A stretch of DNA of 64,000 nucleotides. It comes from Armatimonadota bacterium. Lineage in GTDB: Bacteria; Armatimonadota; UBA5829; DTJY01. A program made the translations under genes and the position numbers. The stretch lies in contig JAGONM010000006.1 of the NCBI GenBank assembly GCA_017993055.1, forward strand, positions 868-64,867, given 5' to 3'. The notes under the pieces were generated by a model that saw only the letters and a list, made by a program, of their open reading frames with translations, was not told the DNA's origin and did not search any database. Positions 27,244-37,178 of this stretch are shown here, piece after piece (position 1 is the stretch's first letter; the number at the start of each line of letters is the position of its first letter).

Positions 27244-28677
27244 ATGAAGAAAGTGCTTCTGCTGTTCATCGTTTCATTGATCGCCTTCACCCCGGTGTTC
27301 GCGGCCGGGACTGCCGGTGAGCCGAAGGATGTCGAGCTTACCGTCTACAATCAGAACTTCGCCCTCGTCAAGGAGCAGAGGGAGATGACCCTGACACAGG
27401 GGATCAACTACGTCTCCGTGCTGGATGTCGCGTCTCAGATCGAGCCGACGTCCGTCGCCTTCAAGTCGCTCACCGATCCCGAGGGTGTCGTCGTCCGCGA
27501 GCAGAACTACCAGTACGATCTGGTCAGCCCCGACACGATCCTGAACAAGTCGATCGGCAAGAAGGTGAAGATTCGCCGGATTGTCGAGGGCAGAGTCGTC
27601 GAGCAGGATGGGGTCCTTCTTAGTTCCGCACAGAACGGTCGGGTCATCCAGACCGCGACCGGCATACTCCTCGACCCGTCGGGCGAGATCGAGGTTCAGG
27701 AGCTTCCGGGCGGACTGGTGTCCACGCCGACGCTCATGTGGAAGCTCGAGGCGGACAAGGCGGGCGCGCACAACACGCAGGTCTCCTACCTGACGAACGG
27801 CGTGGGTTGGATGGCGGACTACGTGGCGGTCGTGGATCCGCTCGACAAGTTCGTGGACATCACCGGGTGGGTTACGCTGAACAACGGAAGCGGCGCGACT
27901 TACGAGAACGCATCGCTCAATCTCATGGCAGGCGACGTGCGGAGGATTCAGCCGCAGTACAAGGACTACGAGGGCGGGTTCGGCGGACTCGAGATGGCTC
28001 GAGTTGCCGCAGCTCCCCAGTTCGAGGAGAAGTCGTTCTTCGAGTACCATCTCTACACGCTTCAGGGGAAGACGACCGTCCGAGACAAGGAGACCAAGCA
28101 GATCACGCTGATGACCGCCGCGCAGGTGCCGTCGAAGAAAATCTACATCTACGATGGGCGCAAGCAGTGGTGGTGGTCCTACCGCTACGGCAACTACCGG
28201 CCCGGCGAGAGCTACGATGTGTCGGCGAACAAGAAGGTAAACGTGCTGGTCGAGATCGCCAACACCAGGGAGAACAACCTCGGTATCCCGCTCCCGAAGG
28301 GGCGCGTTCGCGTCTACAAGCAGGAAGCCGGCGCGAACCAGCATTTCGTCGGCGAGGATGAGATAGATCACACCCCGAAGGACGAGAAGATCCGCCTCTA
28401 CCTCGGCGACGCGTTCGACATCGTCGGCGAGCACACGCGGGCCAACTTCCGCCGGATCAGCAACATCGAGGTCGAGGAGAGTTTCGAGATCAGCCTGCGC
28501 AACCACAAGGATGCACCGGTGACGATCACCGTCGTCGAGCATCTCTTCGGCGACTGGAGAATCCTTCAGTCGAGCCACAAGTACGAGAAGAAGGATGCCT
28601 CCACGGCCGAGTTCCTGGTCGAGGTGCCCAAGGACGGCGAGGTCAAGGTTACCTACACCGCCCGGACCAAGTGGTAG
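27244..28677 (+). CDS. secreted DUF4139/DUF4140-like (MuiA-like) protein
   Basis: Signal peptide MKKVLLLFIVSLIAFTPVFA with GGAGAG upstream. The N-terminus (VELTVYNQNFALVKEQREMTL...) resembles the DUF4140 N-terminal domain of mucoidy-inhibitor-like proteins. Called from memory of the family, so moderate. Confidence 0.45.
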   Translation: MKKVLLLFIVSLIAFTPVFAAGTAGEPKDVELTVYNQNFALVKEQREMTLTQGINYVSVLDVASQIEPTSVAFKSLTDPEGVVVREQNYQYDLVSPDTILNKSIGKKVKIRRIVEGRVVEQDGVLLSSAQNGRVIQTATGILLDPSGEIEVQELPGGLVSTPTLMWKLEADKAGAHNTQVSYLTNGVGWMADYVAVVDPLDKFVDITGWVTLNNGSGATYENASLNLMAGDVRRIQPQYKDYEGGFGGLEMARVAAAPQFEEKSFFEYHLYTLQGKTTVRDKETKQITLMTAAQVPSKKIYIYDGRKQWWWSYRYGNYRPGESYDVSANKKVNVLVEIANTRENNLGIPLPKGRVRVYKQEAGANQHFVGEDEIDHTPKDEKIRLYLGDAFDIVGEHTRANFRRISNIEVEESFEISLRNHKDAPVTITVVEHLFGDWRILQSSHKYEKKDASTAEFLVEVPKDGEVKVTYTARTKW

Positions 28678-28741
28678 ATCGGATTCGAGGATCGTCAGCG
28701 CCGGAGGGTCACTCCGGCGCTGACGGCATGTCTCCGGCCGA

Positions 28742-30463
28742 CTAGGTTTTCCTGCCGAGCATCAGCTTCGCGTTGTCCTCGCCGCCGTTCACCAGGTATA
28801 GGAGCGGCGTCGGGCGGTCCACTCCCTCGACGAACGCCGGTCTCGCGGCCCACTTCGCCTGGGAGAACACGTTGTTGAGGTCCATCCAGTACTGCAGCCG
28901 GGCGACGCTGAGTCCCTGGATCATGTGCAGGTGGTTCGCCGGCGGGTAGTGCTTGTACTCGTTCATGCTCGCGTACTTCGGCACGACGAAGGTGTGCGGC
29001 CAAGTGGGAGTGGTACTCTGACCGAGCGCGGTCGCCAGCTTCTCAGGCACGTCGGCCGTCGTCGCCTCGTCCCAACTCAGGCCGAACATGTCGGAGAGGC
29101 TGCTGTAAGTGATCCTGCCGGCGATGCCCTCGAGTCCTCCCGGAGAGACGAATGTCACCGAGTTCCCGAGCCCGGGGAAGTACCCCTCATCCGCCAGCGG
29201 CATGCTCACCCCCGACAGTATCTCCTTCACGGAGGCGCCGGGCTTCGCCGCCCAGTCGAGCGACGCGCTGCCGGAGTTGTCTCCGTCCACCAGTCCCTTC
29301 TCGGCCCACACCTGATTCTTCGGCAGTTTCACGCCCGACTTCGCCGCCAATGCCTCCAGTTCCCAGCGCTCCCAGACCTTGCGGAAGTCCATGAAGAGGG
29401 GCGGATTCCCGCCGGTGAGGGCGCTCATGAAGAGCATCGTGAGCAGGCCCTGTACGTCGGCCTCCGTCGCGAACGGAATCGGGACCTTCCGTCCGTTGTG
29501 ATCGAACGTCGAGTTGAAGAACGACTCCATTGCGTCGGCTACGGGCAGGGGGATGCCCCGCGCGTCCGATCCCCACTCCAGCTGGCTCATGAAACCGCCG
29601 CCGACCGCGTTCAGGTCGCGCATCAGGTCGCGGGTGATGAGGTAGAGCGCGAGGCTCCGATCGAATCGCTCCGAGTCGGCTTGGTCGCGGAGTTCCAGCC
29701 TCTCCCCGACATGCCGGTCAATGAACGCGCGAAACGCCTTCAGTTCCTTCGGATCGTAGCCCTCCTTCTGAAGCATGTCAGCCAGGAGCTTCATGTCGAG
29801 CCTTGTGATCTCGATGCCGAACTGCCTGCGAGTGGGAAGAATGTGCGCCAGCGCCGTCTCCATGCCCATCGAGTCGTGTCCGAAGACCACCACGCGGCTG
29901 CCCTTCAACGCCTGGGTTGCTACGGCCGCCGAAGCCCAGTCCGTGAGCGCCTGCGCGGTCTGGTCGGTCATGACGGGCTTGAGGCCGGAATCAGGCCATG
30001 TGCCGACGTTCAGGTGGGAGAGCCTGCCGTACTGGGCGAGCGCGCCGTTCACCGCGTGCGCGAAAACGACTCCCGGTTTCGGCCCGCTGTTCCCGCAGGT
30101 GAAGTTTATCGGCGTGTCCTTCGGAAACTGCTGGAGGAGTGATATCACGCTGAGTTGAGGAAATGCCCATGTGTCGGGCGTGCAGACGAGCACCCGGACG
30201 CCTGCGTCCTGAAACTGTGCGGCGACCGCATCAGCCTGCTTTTCTCCATCAACCAGTATCGGTGTGTAGACGACCCGGGCGGGCGAGCCGTCGGGCATCT
30301 TGACCCCGCCGGCAAGTGCGTCCGCGGCCATCCTGACGATGTTCCGGCATCGCTGGCGGCTGTCTTTGTCAATGCGGGGGTCGCCCGCGCAGAAGACCCC
30401 TATCGCGGGAGTGTTCTTCTCCATCCTAGCGGCGCTGTCCGCGAGCGCTGTTGCCTTTGCCAT
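28742..30463 (-). CDS. fucI: L-fucose isomerase family protein
   Basis: Shares conserved FucI blocks with E. coli FucI (FGHDSMGM, NSTFDHNGRK / NSSFDWNG, WPHTFVVPK / TWPTTWFAPR, LVNGGEDNA). I place the start at the internal MAKATALAD, which has a GGGGA RBS. Both isomerases also share a MAKATA-type N-terminal motif, which may be coincidental. Confidence 0.75.
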   Translation of the reverse strand: MAKATALADSAARMEKNTPAIGVFCAGDPRIDKDSRQRCRNIVRMAADALAGGVKMPDGSPARVVYTPILVDGEKQADAVAAQFQDAGVRVLVCTPDTWAFPQLSVISLLQQFPKDTPINFTCGNSGPKPGVVFAHAVNGALAQYGRLSHLNVGTWPDSGLKPVMTDQTAQALTDWASAAVATQALKGSRVVVFGHDSMGMETALAHILPTRRQFGIEITRLDMKLLADMLQKEGYDPKELKAFRAFIDRHVGERLELRDQADSERFDRSLALYLITRDLMRDLNAVGGGFMSQLEWGSDARGIPLPVADAMESFFNSTFDHNGRKVPIPFATEADVQGLLTMLFMSALTGGNPPLFMDFRKVWERWELEALAAKSGVKLPKNQVWAEKGLVDGDNSGSASLDWAAKPGASVKEILSGVSMPLADEGYFPGLGNSVTFVSPGGLEGIAGRITYSSLSDMFGLSWDEATTADVPEKLATALGQSTTPTWPHTFVVPKYASMNEYKHYPPANHLHMIQGLSVARLQYWMDLNNVFSQAKWAARPAFVEGVDRPTPLLYLVNGGEDNAKLMLGRKT

Positions 30464-30637
30464 GATAAGTCCCCATGAGGTTGAAATCGGTCTCGGCCAT
30501 TCTATCAGATGGATATACCCCTGGCAACCCGATGTAGTTGGAACAGATGCGTCGGATTCCGAGTCAAACCAACTGGCGCATGGCAAATCCCGTATTCACC
30601 GGGTTCGTCTCGGACTGACGGCGAAAGCCGCTCGACA

Positions 30638-30646
30638 TGGTATAAT
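30638..30646 (+). promoter_or_regulatory. extended -10 promoter (TGgTATAAT) for the subtilisin gene
   Basis: Perfect TATAAT with an upstream TG, 44 nt before the subtilisin ATG, inside the divergent fucI/protease intergenic region. Confidence 0.4.
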
Positions 30647-30689
30647 ATCATGTAGGAAGACCTGTGCGTCCTGCCAGGAGGTATCCCCG

Positions 30690-32597
30690 ATGTTCCGCGC
30701 AAAGAGAAGCATCCTTTTCCTGATGATAGCCCTCTTCGGTCTGTCCGTCTCGTTTGCGGCTGCCGGCCGCGAGAGGTACAGAGACGGCGAGATACTAGTC
30801 AAGTTCAAACCCGGTGCCAGGGCGAACCTCGTGTCGGCCGCCTTGGGGGCGACGGTTCGCCGGTCCCTGCCGCGCATCGGCGTGCATCATCTTAAGCTCA
30901 AACCCGGCCGCTCCGTAGAGGACTCCGTTGCGAAGTTCCGCAAGAACCCCAATGTCGTATGGGCCGCTCCGAACCATGTATTGCGCCTTGACGCCACCAT
31001 GCCCGACGACGAGTGGTTCGAGGGCCAGGAATGGTGCATCCCCGAGTTGGAGATATGCATCCCCAGCGGGGGTCAGTGGGGCCTCTACAACCCCGACGGT
31101 CGGTACGACATCCACGCGCCGGAGGCATGGGACATCGAGCAGGGCTCGGATTCAACTATTATCGCAATCGTGGACACCGGCATCCAGTCCTACCATTGGG
31201 ACCTCGGCGGCAAAGTGATAGACGGGTACAATGCCCTTGATGGCTCGTCGGATACCGATGACGACCACATGCACGGCACCTTCGTCGCCAGCGTGGCGGC
31301 TGCCAATACGAACAATGCAGAAGGGGTTGCGGGGGTGGATTGGAACGCGCTCCTCATGCCGATCAAGGTGCTCGACTCGACCGGTGAGGGCGACGAGGCC
31401 GGCGCCGCGGAGGGAATCATCTGGGCCGTGGATCACGGTGCCAGGATCATCAACATGAGCTTCGGGACCTACGATCACGTGCAGGCGCTCGAGGACGCCG
31501 TGAACTATGCATGGAACGCGGGATGCTTAGTAGTCGCGGCGAGTGGCAATGACGACCTGGACGACGCAACCGATCGTCACTACCCGTCGTACTATCCGGT
31601 CTGCATCTCTGTCGGCGCGTCCAACGAGTATGACCGCCGGTGCACCTCTGCGGACTGGATACTCGGCGGCAGCAACTACGGGGATTCGCTCGACGTGTTG
31701 GCGCCCGGCAACAACATCTACGGCGCGGTCCCCGGCTACTACGATCCGTGGTTTGAGGAGTGGACCGAGTACGAGGCCATGTCGGGAACATCCGCGGCCG
31801 CTCCCTTTGTCTCCGGACTGGCGGGCCTGATCTGGGCGCACAACCCGACCTGGGATAACCGGCAGGTCCGCGATCAGATCGAGCGCACCTGCGACGACAT
31901 AGGCGCGACCGGATGGGACCGATTCTCGGGGTGGGGAAGGATCAACGCATTCAGGTCCCTATCGGAGAGCCCGACCGTCTATGCAAGCATCGGCGAGGTG
32001 CTCGGTCAGTCGGACGGGGCGAATGTGAGTCTTCCCGGCAGGGTGGTCACCGCTGGAATCACTGATTTCGGCGATCGTTTCTACATCGAGGAGGCCGATC
32101 GGTCAGCGGGTGTCATGGTCTACTGCGGACCCGGCACAACCGTCGCGGCGGCGATCGGCGACCGGGTGAGAGTCAACGGCAAGCTGTCGTCGGTGAACGG
32201 CGAGCGCGCGCTGATAACCCCTTCCGTGACGCCTGACGGGACCGGTACGCTGCCCCGTCCTCTGGGGATGCCGGCTCGGGCGGTTGGCGGCGCTCTCGCG
32301 GCGTACGGCGGCGAAACGCCCGGCGTCGGTCTCTACAACTGCGGGCTGCTGGTGCGTGTCTGGGGTCGCGTCAAGTCCGTCGGCTGGAACTATTTCTACC
32401 TCGAGGATGGTTCCGGGCTGATAGACGGATCGGGATTCCAGGGACTCAAGGTGTTCGTGGGAAGCGCGCCCAAACCGGCTGTTGGTGACTATCTGTCCGT
32501 GACCGGAATCAGCTCGGTCGAGTCCCCCGAAGGCACGGGGGTTCGTCTGCCGGTGATCCGGGTGCGAAAGGCGGATGACGTGCGGAAACTCAACTAG
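30690..32597 (+). CDS. secreted subtilisin-like S8 serine protease with I9 propeptide and shared C-terminal domain
   Basis: AGGAGGT RBS then MFRAKRSILFLMIALFGLSVSFAAAG signal peptide. Catalytic triad D (AIVDTGI), H (HGTFVASVAAA), S (GTSAAAPFVSGLAGL). The last ~200 aa match the shared CTD. Confidence 0.9.
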   Translation: MFRAKRSILFLMIALFGLSVSFAAAGRERYRDGEILVKFKPGARANLVSAALGATVRRSLPRIGVHHLKLKPGRSVEDSVAKFRKNPNVVWAAPNHVLRLDATMPDDEWFEGQEWCIPELEICIPSGGQWGLYNPDGRYDIHAPEAWDIEQGSDSTIIAIVDTGIQSYHWDLGGKVIDGYNALDGSSDTDDDHMHGTFVASVAAANTNNAEGVAGVDWNALLMPIKVLDSTGEGDEAGAAEGIIWAVDHGARIINMSFGTYDHVQALEDAVNYAWNAGCLVVAASGNDDLDDATDRHYPSYYPVCISVGASNEYDRRCTSADWILGGSNYGDSLDVLAPGNNIYGAVPGYYDPWFEEWTEYEAMSGTSAAAPFVSGLAGLIWAHNPTWDNRQVRDQIERTCDDIGATGWDRFSGWGRINAFRSLSESPTVYASIGEVLGQSDGANVSLPGRVVTAGITDFGDRFYIEEADRSAGVMVYCGPGTTVAAAIGDRVRVNGKLSSVNGERALITPSVTPDGTGTLPRPLGMPARAVGGALAAYGGETPGVGLYNCGLLVRVWGRVKSVGWNYFYLEDGSGLIDGSGFQGLKVFVGSAPKPAVGDYLSVTGISSVESPEGTGVRLPVIRVRKADDVRKLN

Positions 32598-33083
32598 AGC
32601 TGTCGTAGGGCGATGAAATAAGGAGGGCAGATGGCAGACTCTGGTGGCATCCGGCCGTGCGTCCCGTAGAGACGGGATTGTTTGCGTTAGCCTGAGGGAG
32701 GCTATCGAGTCTACCGCCTGCCCCTTGCGCGGTACAACTATGCTAACACAGGTTCGGCTCATCTGCTATAGGTAATTTTACCAGTTTTGGGAACACGGTG
32801 TGAACGCGTCGTCAACTCTACGGCGCCGCTCGGAGGGGACACAACCCCCGGCTGTCCTCGTCGAGCGCGAATTGCCTGCAAAGGTCGCCCAGCTTTCTGA
32901 GCGCGCTGTCCGCGGCCTCGCTGGAACCCGGACCTGAGGCGCAGAGTGACATCTCGAGCAGCGCGGTCGCTTCCTCGTGAGTGAAGGAAATGCTCTTCTC
33001 CAACAGGTGATCCCCCCTGATACTGACCGGCCTTGCCGTGATCTTGCTGTCAGACAGAGTATCGGGTCAGGGGGAATAGGCGC

Positions 33084-33590
33084 TTACCTGTCAGAATTCC
33101 CGGTTTCGACTCCGAGGGCATCCATGACTTCCTGAGGAAGGCTGTGAGCGTCGAGCAGTTTGCAGATGTCCCGCAGAGCCTGGCGCGCTTTGGCGGCCGA
33201 GTACACACGCATCCATCCGTCTTCCACCGCCTGGATGAACTCCTCCTCGTGCAGGATCGAGTACTGCCAGTCGGGCTCCACGTCTGCCTCGAGCACGAGT
33301 CCGACTCCCTTCCACGTCCCGTCGGCCTGGTGCAGGGGGGACTGGCACGAGATGCGGTAGTACCCCGTCGGCCTCTTCTCGTCGTCCAGGTACGCGACGA
33401 CGCTGTACCAGTCGTCCATGAAGTCGAACCTGAGACCTGTCGAGCCGTGATGGCCGTTCCGGGGCGCTTGCGGCACGGTGAACTGAGTTATCAACAGCCC
33501 CGGGAGCTGTGCGACCAACTCGTTCTCGAACTGCTGAGAAGCGCTGCCATACTGTCTGAAACTGAACCTTGCTGCTTCAGAACGGGCCAC
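33084..33590 (-). CDS. hypothetical protein (possibly DUF402-like)
   Basis: 168-aa ORF with protein-like composition, whereas the antisense ORF 33144..33731 is Arg/Leu-rich. Family assignment is weak. Confidence 0.4.
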   Translation of the reverse strand: MARSEAARFSFRQYGSASQQFENELVAQLPGLLITQFTVPQAPRNGHHGSTGLRFDFMDDWYSVVAYLDDEKRPTGYYRISCQSPLHQADGTWKGVGLVLEADVEPDWQYSILHEEEFIQAVEDGWMRVYSAAKARQALRDICKLLDAHSLPQEVMDALGVETGNSDR

Positions 33591-33655
33591 TGCATGCTCC
33601 TGGAGTGCGTATGGGATACTCGGAGTGACAGGCCGTCTCTACGTCGGCCGCCGGG

Positions 33656-34030
33656 TCACTCGGTCGGCATCTTCAGCGCCTTCTTTGCCTTCTTGACGAG
33701 CACCTCTGGGTCGAACGGCTTCATAATGTAGTCGGATACCCAGAGCTGCCTCGCCTCGTCCACGGAGATGCTCGCGGTCTTCGCGGTAAGCATGATGACG
33801 GGTACCTTGGAGGTCTTCCTGCGGGAGCGGATCTGCCGCAGAACCTCCATGCCGTCCATCAGAGGCATCATTATGTCGAGTATCACGAGATCAGGCATCT
33901 CCGCCTCAACGAGCGCGAGCCCGCTCTGCCCGTCCGCGGCGGTGATCGTGTCGAAACCTTCCTTCTCAAACCTGAACTGGAGCAGGCGGACTACATCCGC
34001 TTCGTCATCCACTATCAACACCCTGGCCAT
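33656..34030 (-). CDS. single-domain CheY-like response regulator
   Basis: VLIVDDEADVVRLL...PDLVILDIMMPLMDG...VIMLTAK receiver motifs and no output domain. The ORF-track start overlaps the kinase gene by 1 nt, so I place the start at the internal ATG. Confidence 0.75.
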   Translation of the reverse strand: MARVLIVDDEADVVRLLQFRFEKEGFDTITAADGQSGLALVEAEMPDLVILDIMMPLMDGMEVLRQIRSRRKTSKVPVIMLTAKTASISVDEARQLWVSDYIMKPFDPEVLVKKAKKALKMPTE

Positions 34031-34080
34031 GTCTCCACCTCCCTCGTATGCGTTCGGCGTGCCGACCGCGAGGCTCGTCA

Positions 34081-36354
34081 CTATCCGACTGCGGCGATCG
34101 GTATCGTAAAGCTGAAGGTGCTGCCGTGACCCTTTTCGCTTTCGACCCAGATCTTTCCTCCGTGCATCTCGACCAGATGCTTCGTGATCGCCAGCCCGAG
34201 TCCGGTCCCTCGGATCTGTCTGACGGAATCGCTCTCTCCGCGGTAGAACATCTGGAAGAGCTTGCCGCGCTCCTCAGGTGCGATTCCCATGCCGGTGTCT
34301 ATCACCTTGATCAACACGTTCTTGTCCACGCGGTAAGCGGTCAGTTTGATGGTAGTAGAATCGGCGCTGTACTTGACCGCGTTCGAGACGAGATTCGCGA
34401 GGATTTGTCCGAGCCTGTTCGCGTCCGCCCGCACGGGCGGCAGGTCAGCCTCCACGTCGGTCACTATCGAGATGCTCTTCTCGTCCGCAAGGGCCTTCAG
34501 CGATTCTAGTTCGTGCTCGCACACCTCGGTGAGGTCCACCGGCGTCAGCACCAGGTCGAGTCGCCCGGACTGGATCTTGGATATGTCGAGCAGATCGTTC
34601 ACGAGCGCCACCAGCCGGTCCGTGTTCCGGCTCACAGTTGTGAGAAACTCAGTCTGCACCTCATTCAGTTCGCCCGAGTGTCCCGCCAGTATGGTCTTAA
34701 CGTAACCCTGGATCGAGGTCAGCGGCGTCCTCAGTTCATGGGATACGAGCGAGACGAACTCGGTCTTGAGATGGCTGATCTCCTCAAGTGCGCGCCGCGT
34801 AACCTCTTCCTTGAGCAGTCTCTCGTCGAGCAGCGCTCGCTGCAGTGCGATTGCGGACGTGCGCGACGCCGTCTGCAGCAGTTCGTGTTCGGAGGGCTGG
34901 AGTTTCTTCGCATCCCTGAAGTAGAGGCTGAACACCCCGATCGGCTCATCGGCCGGAATGAGCGGCACGGCGATCACGGACGTGTAGCTCTCCATGCGCG
35001 CCATCTCTCGCCAGGCCGCGAATCGGCGGTCCTTGAACACGTTGCTGATCGCATAAATCTTCTTGTTGCGGATGGCGAGCGCGGCCGGACTCTGCCCGTT
35101 CGGCGTGTCGGGCGCTATGGATACCTGCACGTTCTCGTTGGCAACCCGGGTGTACTCGTCGGACAGGCCGTAGATCGCGCCTGTCTGCAGGTACATTCCC
35201 GTCTCGTCGAGCAGCCTGATGGACCCGAACTTCGCGCCGAACGACAGGCACATGTGCGATACGACGAACGTGAGGGCGCTCGGAACGTCGAGGGCGGACG
35301 CCAGTTCCTGCGCGAGACGGTAGAGTATCTTCTGCTCCGATAGACGCCTCTTCGCCTGTTCGTACAGCCGGGCGTTCTCTATCGCAACCGCCGCCTGTCC
35401 GGCGAGGGAGAGCAGTAGGTGCTGGTCTTCCTCCGTGAACCATTTCGGCTCAGTGCACGCGACCGTGAGGACTCCTATTGTCTTGGATTCGAGGAGCAGC
35501 GGGACTGAGACCATCGAGGAAATCGGTTCAGCATCGTTCGGGAAATAGTCCATGCGCGGCTCGGACCGGCAGTCGTTCACTATGAGCGGCGTTCCGTGCT
35601 CTGCCACCCAGCCGGGCACCCCCTGGCCTACTTTGAGCCGGATTCGCTTCATGGTCTGCTTGCCGAGCCCCTGCGAAGCGCGGATGACCATGTCGCCGGT
35701 GCTCGGCTCGATCAGCCTGACGCTGCTTATGTCCGTGCCGAGAAGCCGATTAGCCTCGTCCATGACTACGTTCAGCGCCCAGCGGGTGTTCGTGGATGCG
35801 CCGATTGTCTGCGCCACCTTCGAGATCGCGTCGAGCGCGTCGGAACGGTGCCGCGCCTCTTCCAGCAGTCGGGCGGTCTCGATGGCCGCCCCCGCCTGAT
35901 TCGCCAGAAGGAACACCGGCTCGAGCCTTTCGGAAAGTATCCTGCCCGACTTGTTCCAGAACGCCGCGAGAATCCCGGCGGGAGAGCCTTTGTGGACTAT
36001 CGGGACGATGACCGCCGCCCCGAGCGACTTCTTGCGTGCCAATGTGCGAAGTCCCGGGTGCTCTGCAATCTCAGTCAGGATCAGAGGCTCGAGAGCGGTC
36101 GCCGACTCGGCGGGGAACTGGCCCCCGAGGGAGTCTACCAGGCCTCTTGCGACGTCTGTCGGCAGGTTGTAGCTCGCGCCGTAGAAATAGACCTTCCTCT
36201 GCTTGTCGTGAAGGGCTATCCAGCTCGCATCAGCATTGGCGAGGTTGACCGTCGCCTCGACGACGGTCTGCGCGAGGTCGTGAAGCTCAGGGCTGGCGGA
36301 GAGCATGCGCCCGATCTCGTATAGAGTGGACAGTTCCCAGTGCAGGTCTCTCAT
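34081..36354 (-). CDS. multi-GAF sensor histidine kinase (3 GAF domains, HisKA, HATPase)
   Basis: Three GAF-like blocks followed by the H-box [11 protein letters not shown] and ATPase motifs ([18 protein letters not shown]). Confidence 0.85.
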   Translation of the reverse strand: MRDLHWELSTLYEIGRMLSASPELHDLAQTVVEATVNLANADASWIALHDKQRKVYFYGASYNLPTDVARGLVDSLGGQFPAESATALEPLILTEIAEHPGLRTLARKKSLGAAVIVPIVHKGSPAGILAAFWNKSGRILSERLEPVFLLANQAGAAIETARLLEEARHRSDALDAISKVAQTIGASTNTRWALNVVMDEANRLLGTDISSVRLIEPSTGDMVIRASQGLGKQTMKRIRLKVGQGVPGWVAEHGTPLIVNDCRSEPRMDYFPNDAEPISSMVSVPLLLESKTIGVLTVACTEPKWFTEEDQHLLLSLAGQAAVAIENARLYEQAKRRLSEQKILYRLAQELASALDVPSALTFVVSHMCLSFGAKFGSIRLLDETGMYLQTGAIYGLSDEYTRVANENVQVSIAPDTPNGQSPAALAIRNKKIYAISNVFKDRRFAAWREMARMESYTSVIAVPLIPADEPIGVFSLYFRDAKKLQPSEHELLQTASRTSAIALQRALLDERLLKEEVTRRALEEISHLKTEFVSLVSHELRTPLTSIQGYVKTILAGHSGELNEVQTEFLTTVSRNTDRLVALVNDLLDISKIQSGRLDLVLTPVDLTEVCEHELESLKALADEKSISIVTDVEADLPPVRADANRLGQILANLVSNAVKYSADSTTIKLTAYRVDKNVLIKVIDTGMGIAPEERGKLFQMFYRGESDSVRQIRGTGLGLAITKHLVEMHGGKIWVESEKGHGSTFSFTIPIAAVG

Positions 36355-36366
36355 CAGAGAGCCCTC

Positions 36367-37176
36367 CTAGATAGTGATCTCCATCCCGTCGTAGGCCACC
36401 TGGATCCCTTCCGCGGCCACGCAATCGGCGATCTCTTCGTGTAACACTCCGGCATTGTGCGAGAAGTGCGTCAGGACGTAGATGCCGTCGGCGAAACTGC
36501 CGATCTCCTCCAGGCGGTGCTTCATCGCAAATACCTTTTCGAACCCCATATGCCCCTTTCCTCCCGAGCCGGGCCCACTCGTACATTCGGAGATCACCAC
36601 GTCGAACGCGTGTTTCCTGAAGAAATCCCATGTCTCCTCCGGGTATTCGCCGAAGTCGCACGCGTAGAGGGCCGTCCATCCGCCGGACTGCACCACGTAG
36701 TTGAAACAGAGATCGTCGGGCATGTGCAGGGCAACGACCGGCGTGAAAGTGTAGCCTTCGACCTCGACCGGCTTGTACGGCTCGAGTTCGTGCAGAGTGG
36801 CCGTGGTGTCCGCGTGGCTGCCGAGCACCTCGGCCGCGCGCGTCACTACCGTCTTGTTCCCGTGGATGCTGAGCGGATTTGGGTGGCACTTGGCAAACCC
36901 GGGTACGAGCCAGTGCAGCTCCCGGAAGGAGAAATGGTCGAAGTGCGGATGCGTGATGAACAGGTTCTCGAGGTCGACCGTGTTCAGTCCCAGGATCGTA
37001 GTGTGATACCAGATGTCCGGCGATAGATCGATCAGATGCCTGCCGCCGAACACTGCCGACGAACGGCTGCGATATTCCTTGCCGCCCAGCACTCTAGCCT
37101 TGGTGCATGTCGGGCATCCGCAGTATATCGAGGGAATCCCTTCAGCGGCGGCGGTGCCGAGTATCTTGATGTGCAT
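36367..37176 (-). CDS. MBL-fold metallo-hydrolase
   Basis: THPHFDHF (HxHxDH) motif in a ~270-aa protein. 12 nt from the kinase gene and 2 nt from the GH38 gene. Confidence 0.75.
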   Translation of the reverse strand: MHIKILGTAAAEGIPSIYCGCPTCTKARVLGGKEYRSRSSAVFGGRHLIDLSPDIWYHTTILGLNTVDLENLFITHPHFDHFSFRELHWLVPGFAKCHPNPLSIHGNKTVVTRAAEVLGSHADTTATLHELEPYKPVEVEGYTFTPVVALHMPDDLCFNYVVQSGGWTALYACDFGEYPEETWDFFRKHAFDVVISECTSGPGSGGKGHMGFEKVFAMKHRLEEIGSFADGIYVLTHFSHNAGVLHEEIADCVAAEGIQVAYDGMEITI

Positions 37177-37178
37177 GT

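Noticed and set aside
27274-28578. 434-aa minus-strand ORF
   Set aside because: It is antisense to the secreted DUF4139-like gene and has the typical Arg/Leu/Asp-rich artefact composition. The plus strand has a clean signal peptide and RBS.
32598-33083. Search for a tRNA or ncRNA in the 480-nt gap after the subtilisin gene, including the 61-aa ORF 32818..33003
   Set aside because: I found no cloverleaf-compatible acceptor and T-arm pairing by eye. The small ORF has no RBS or homology. It is left unannotated.
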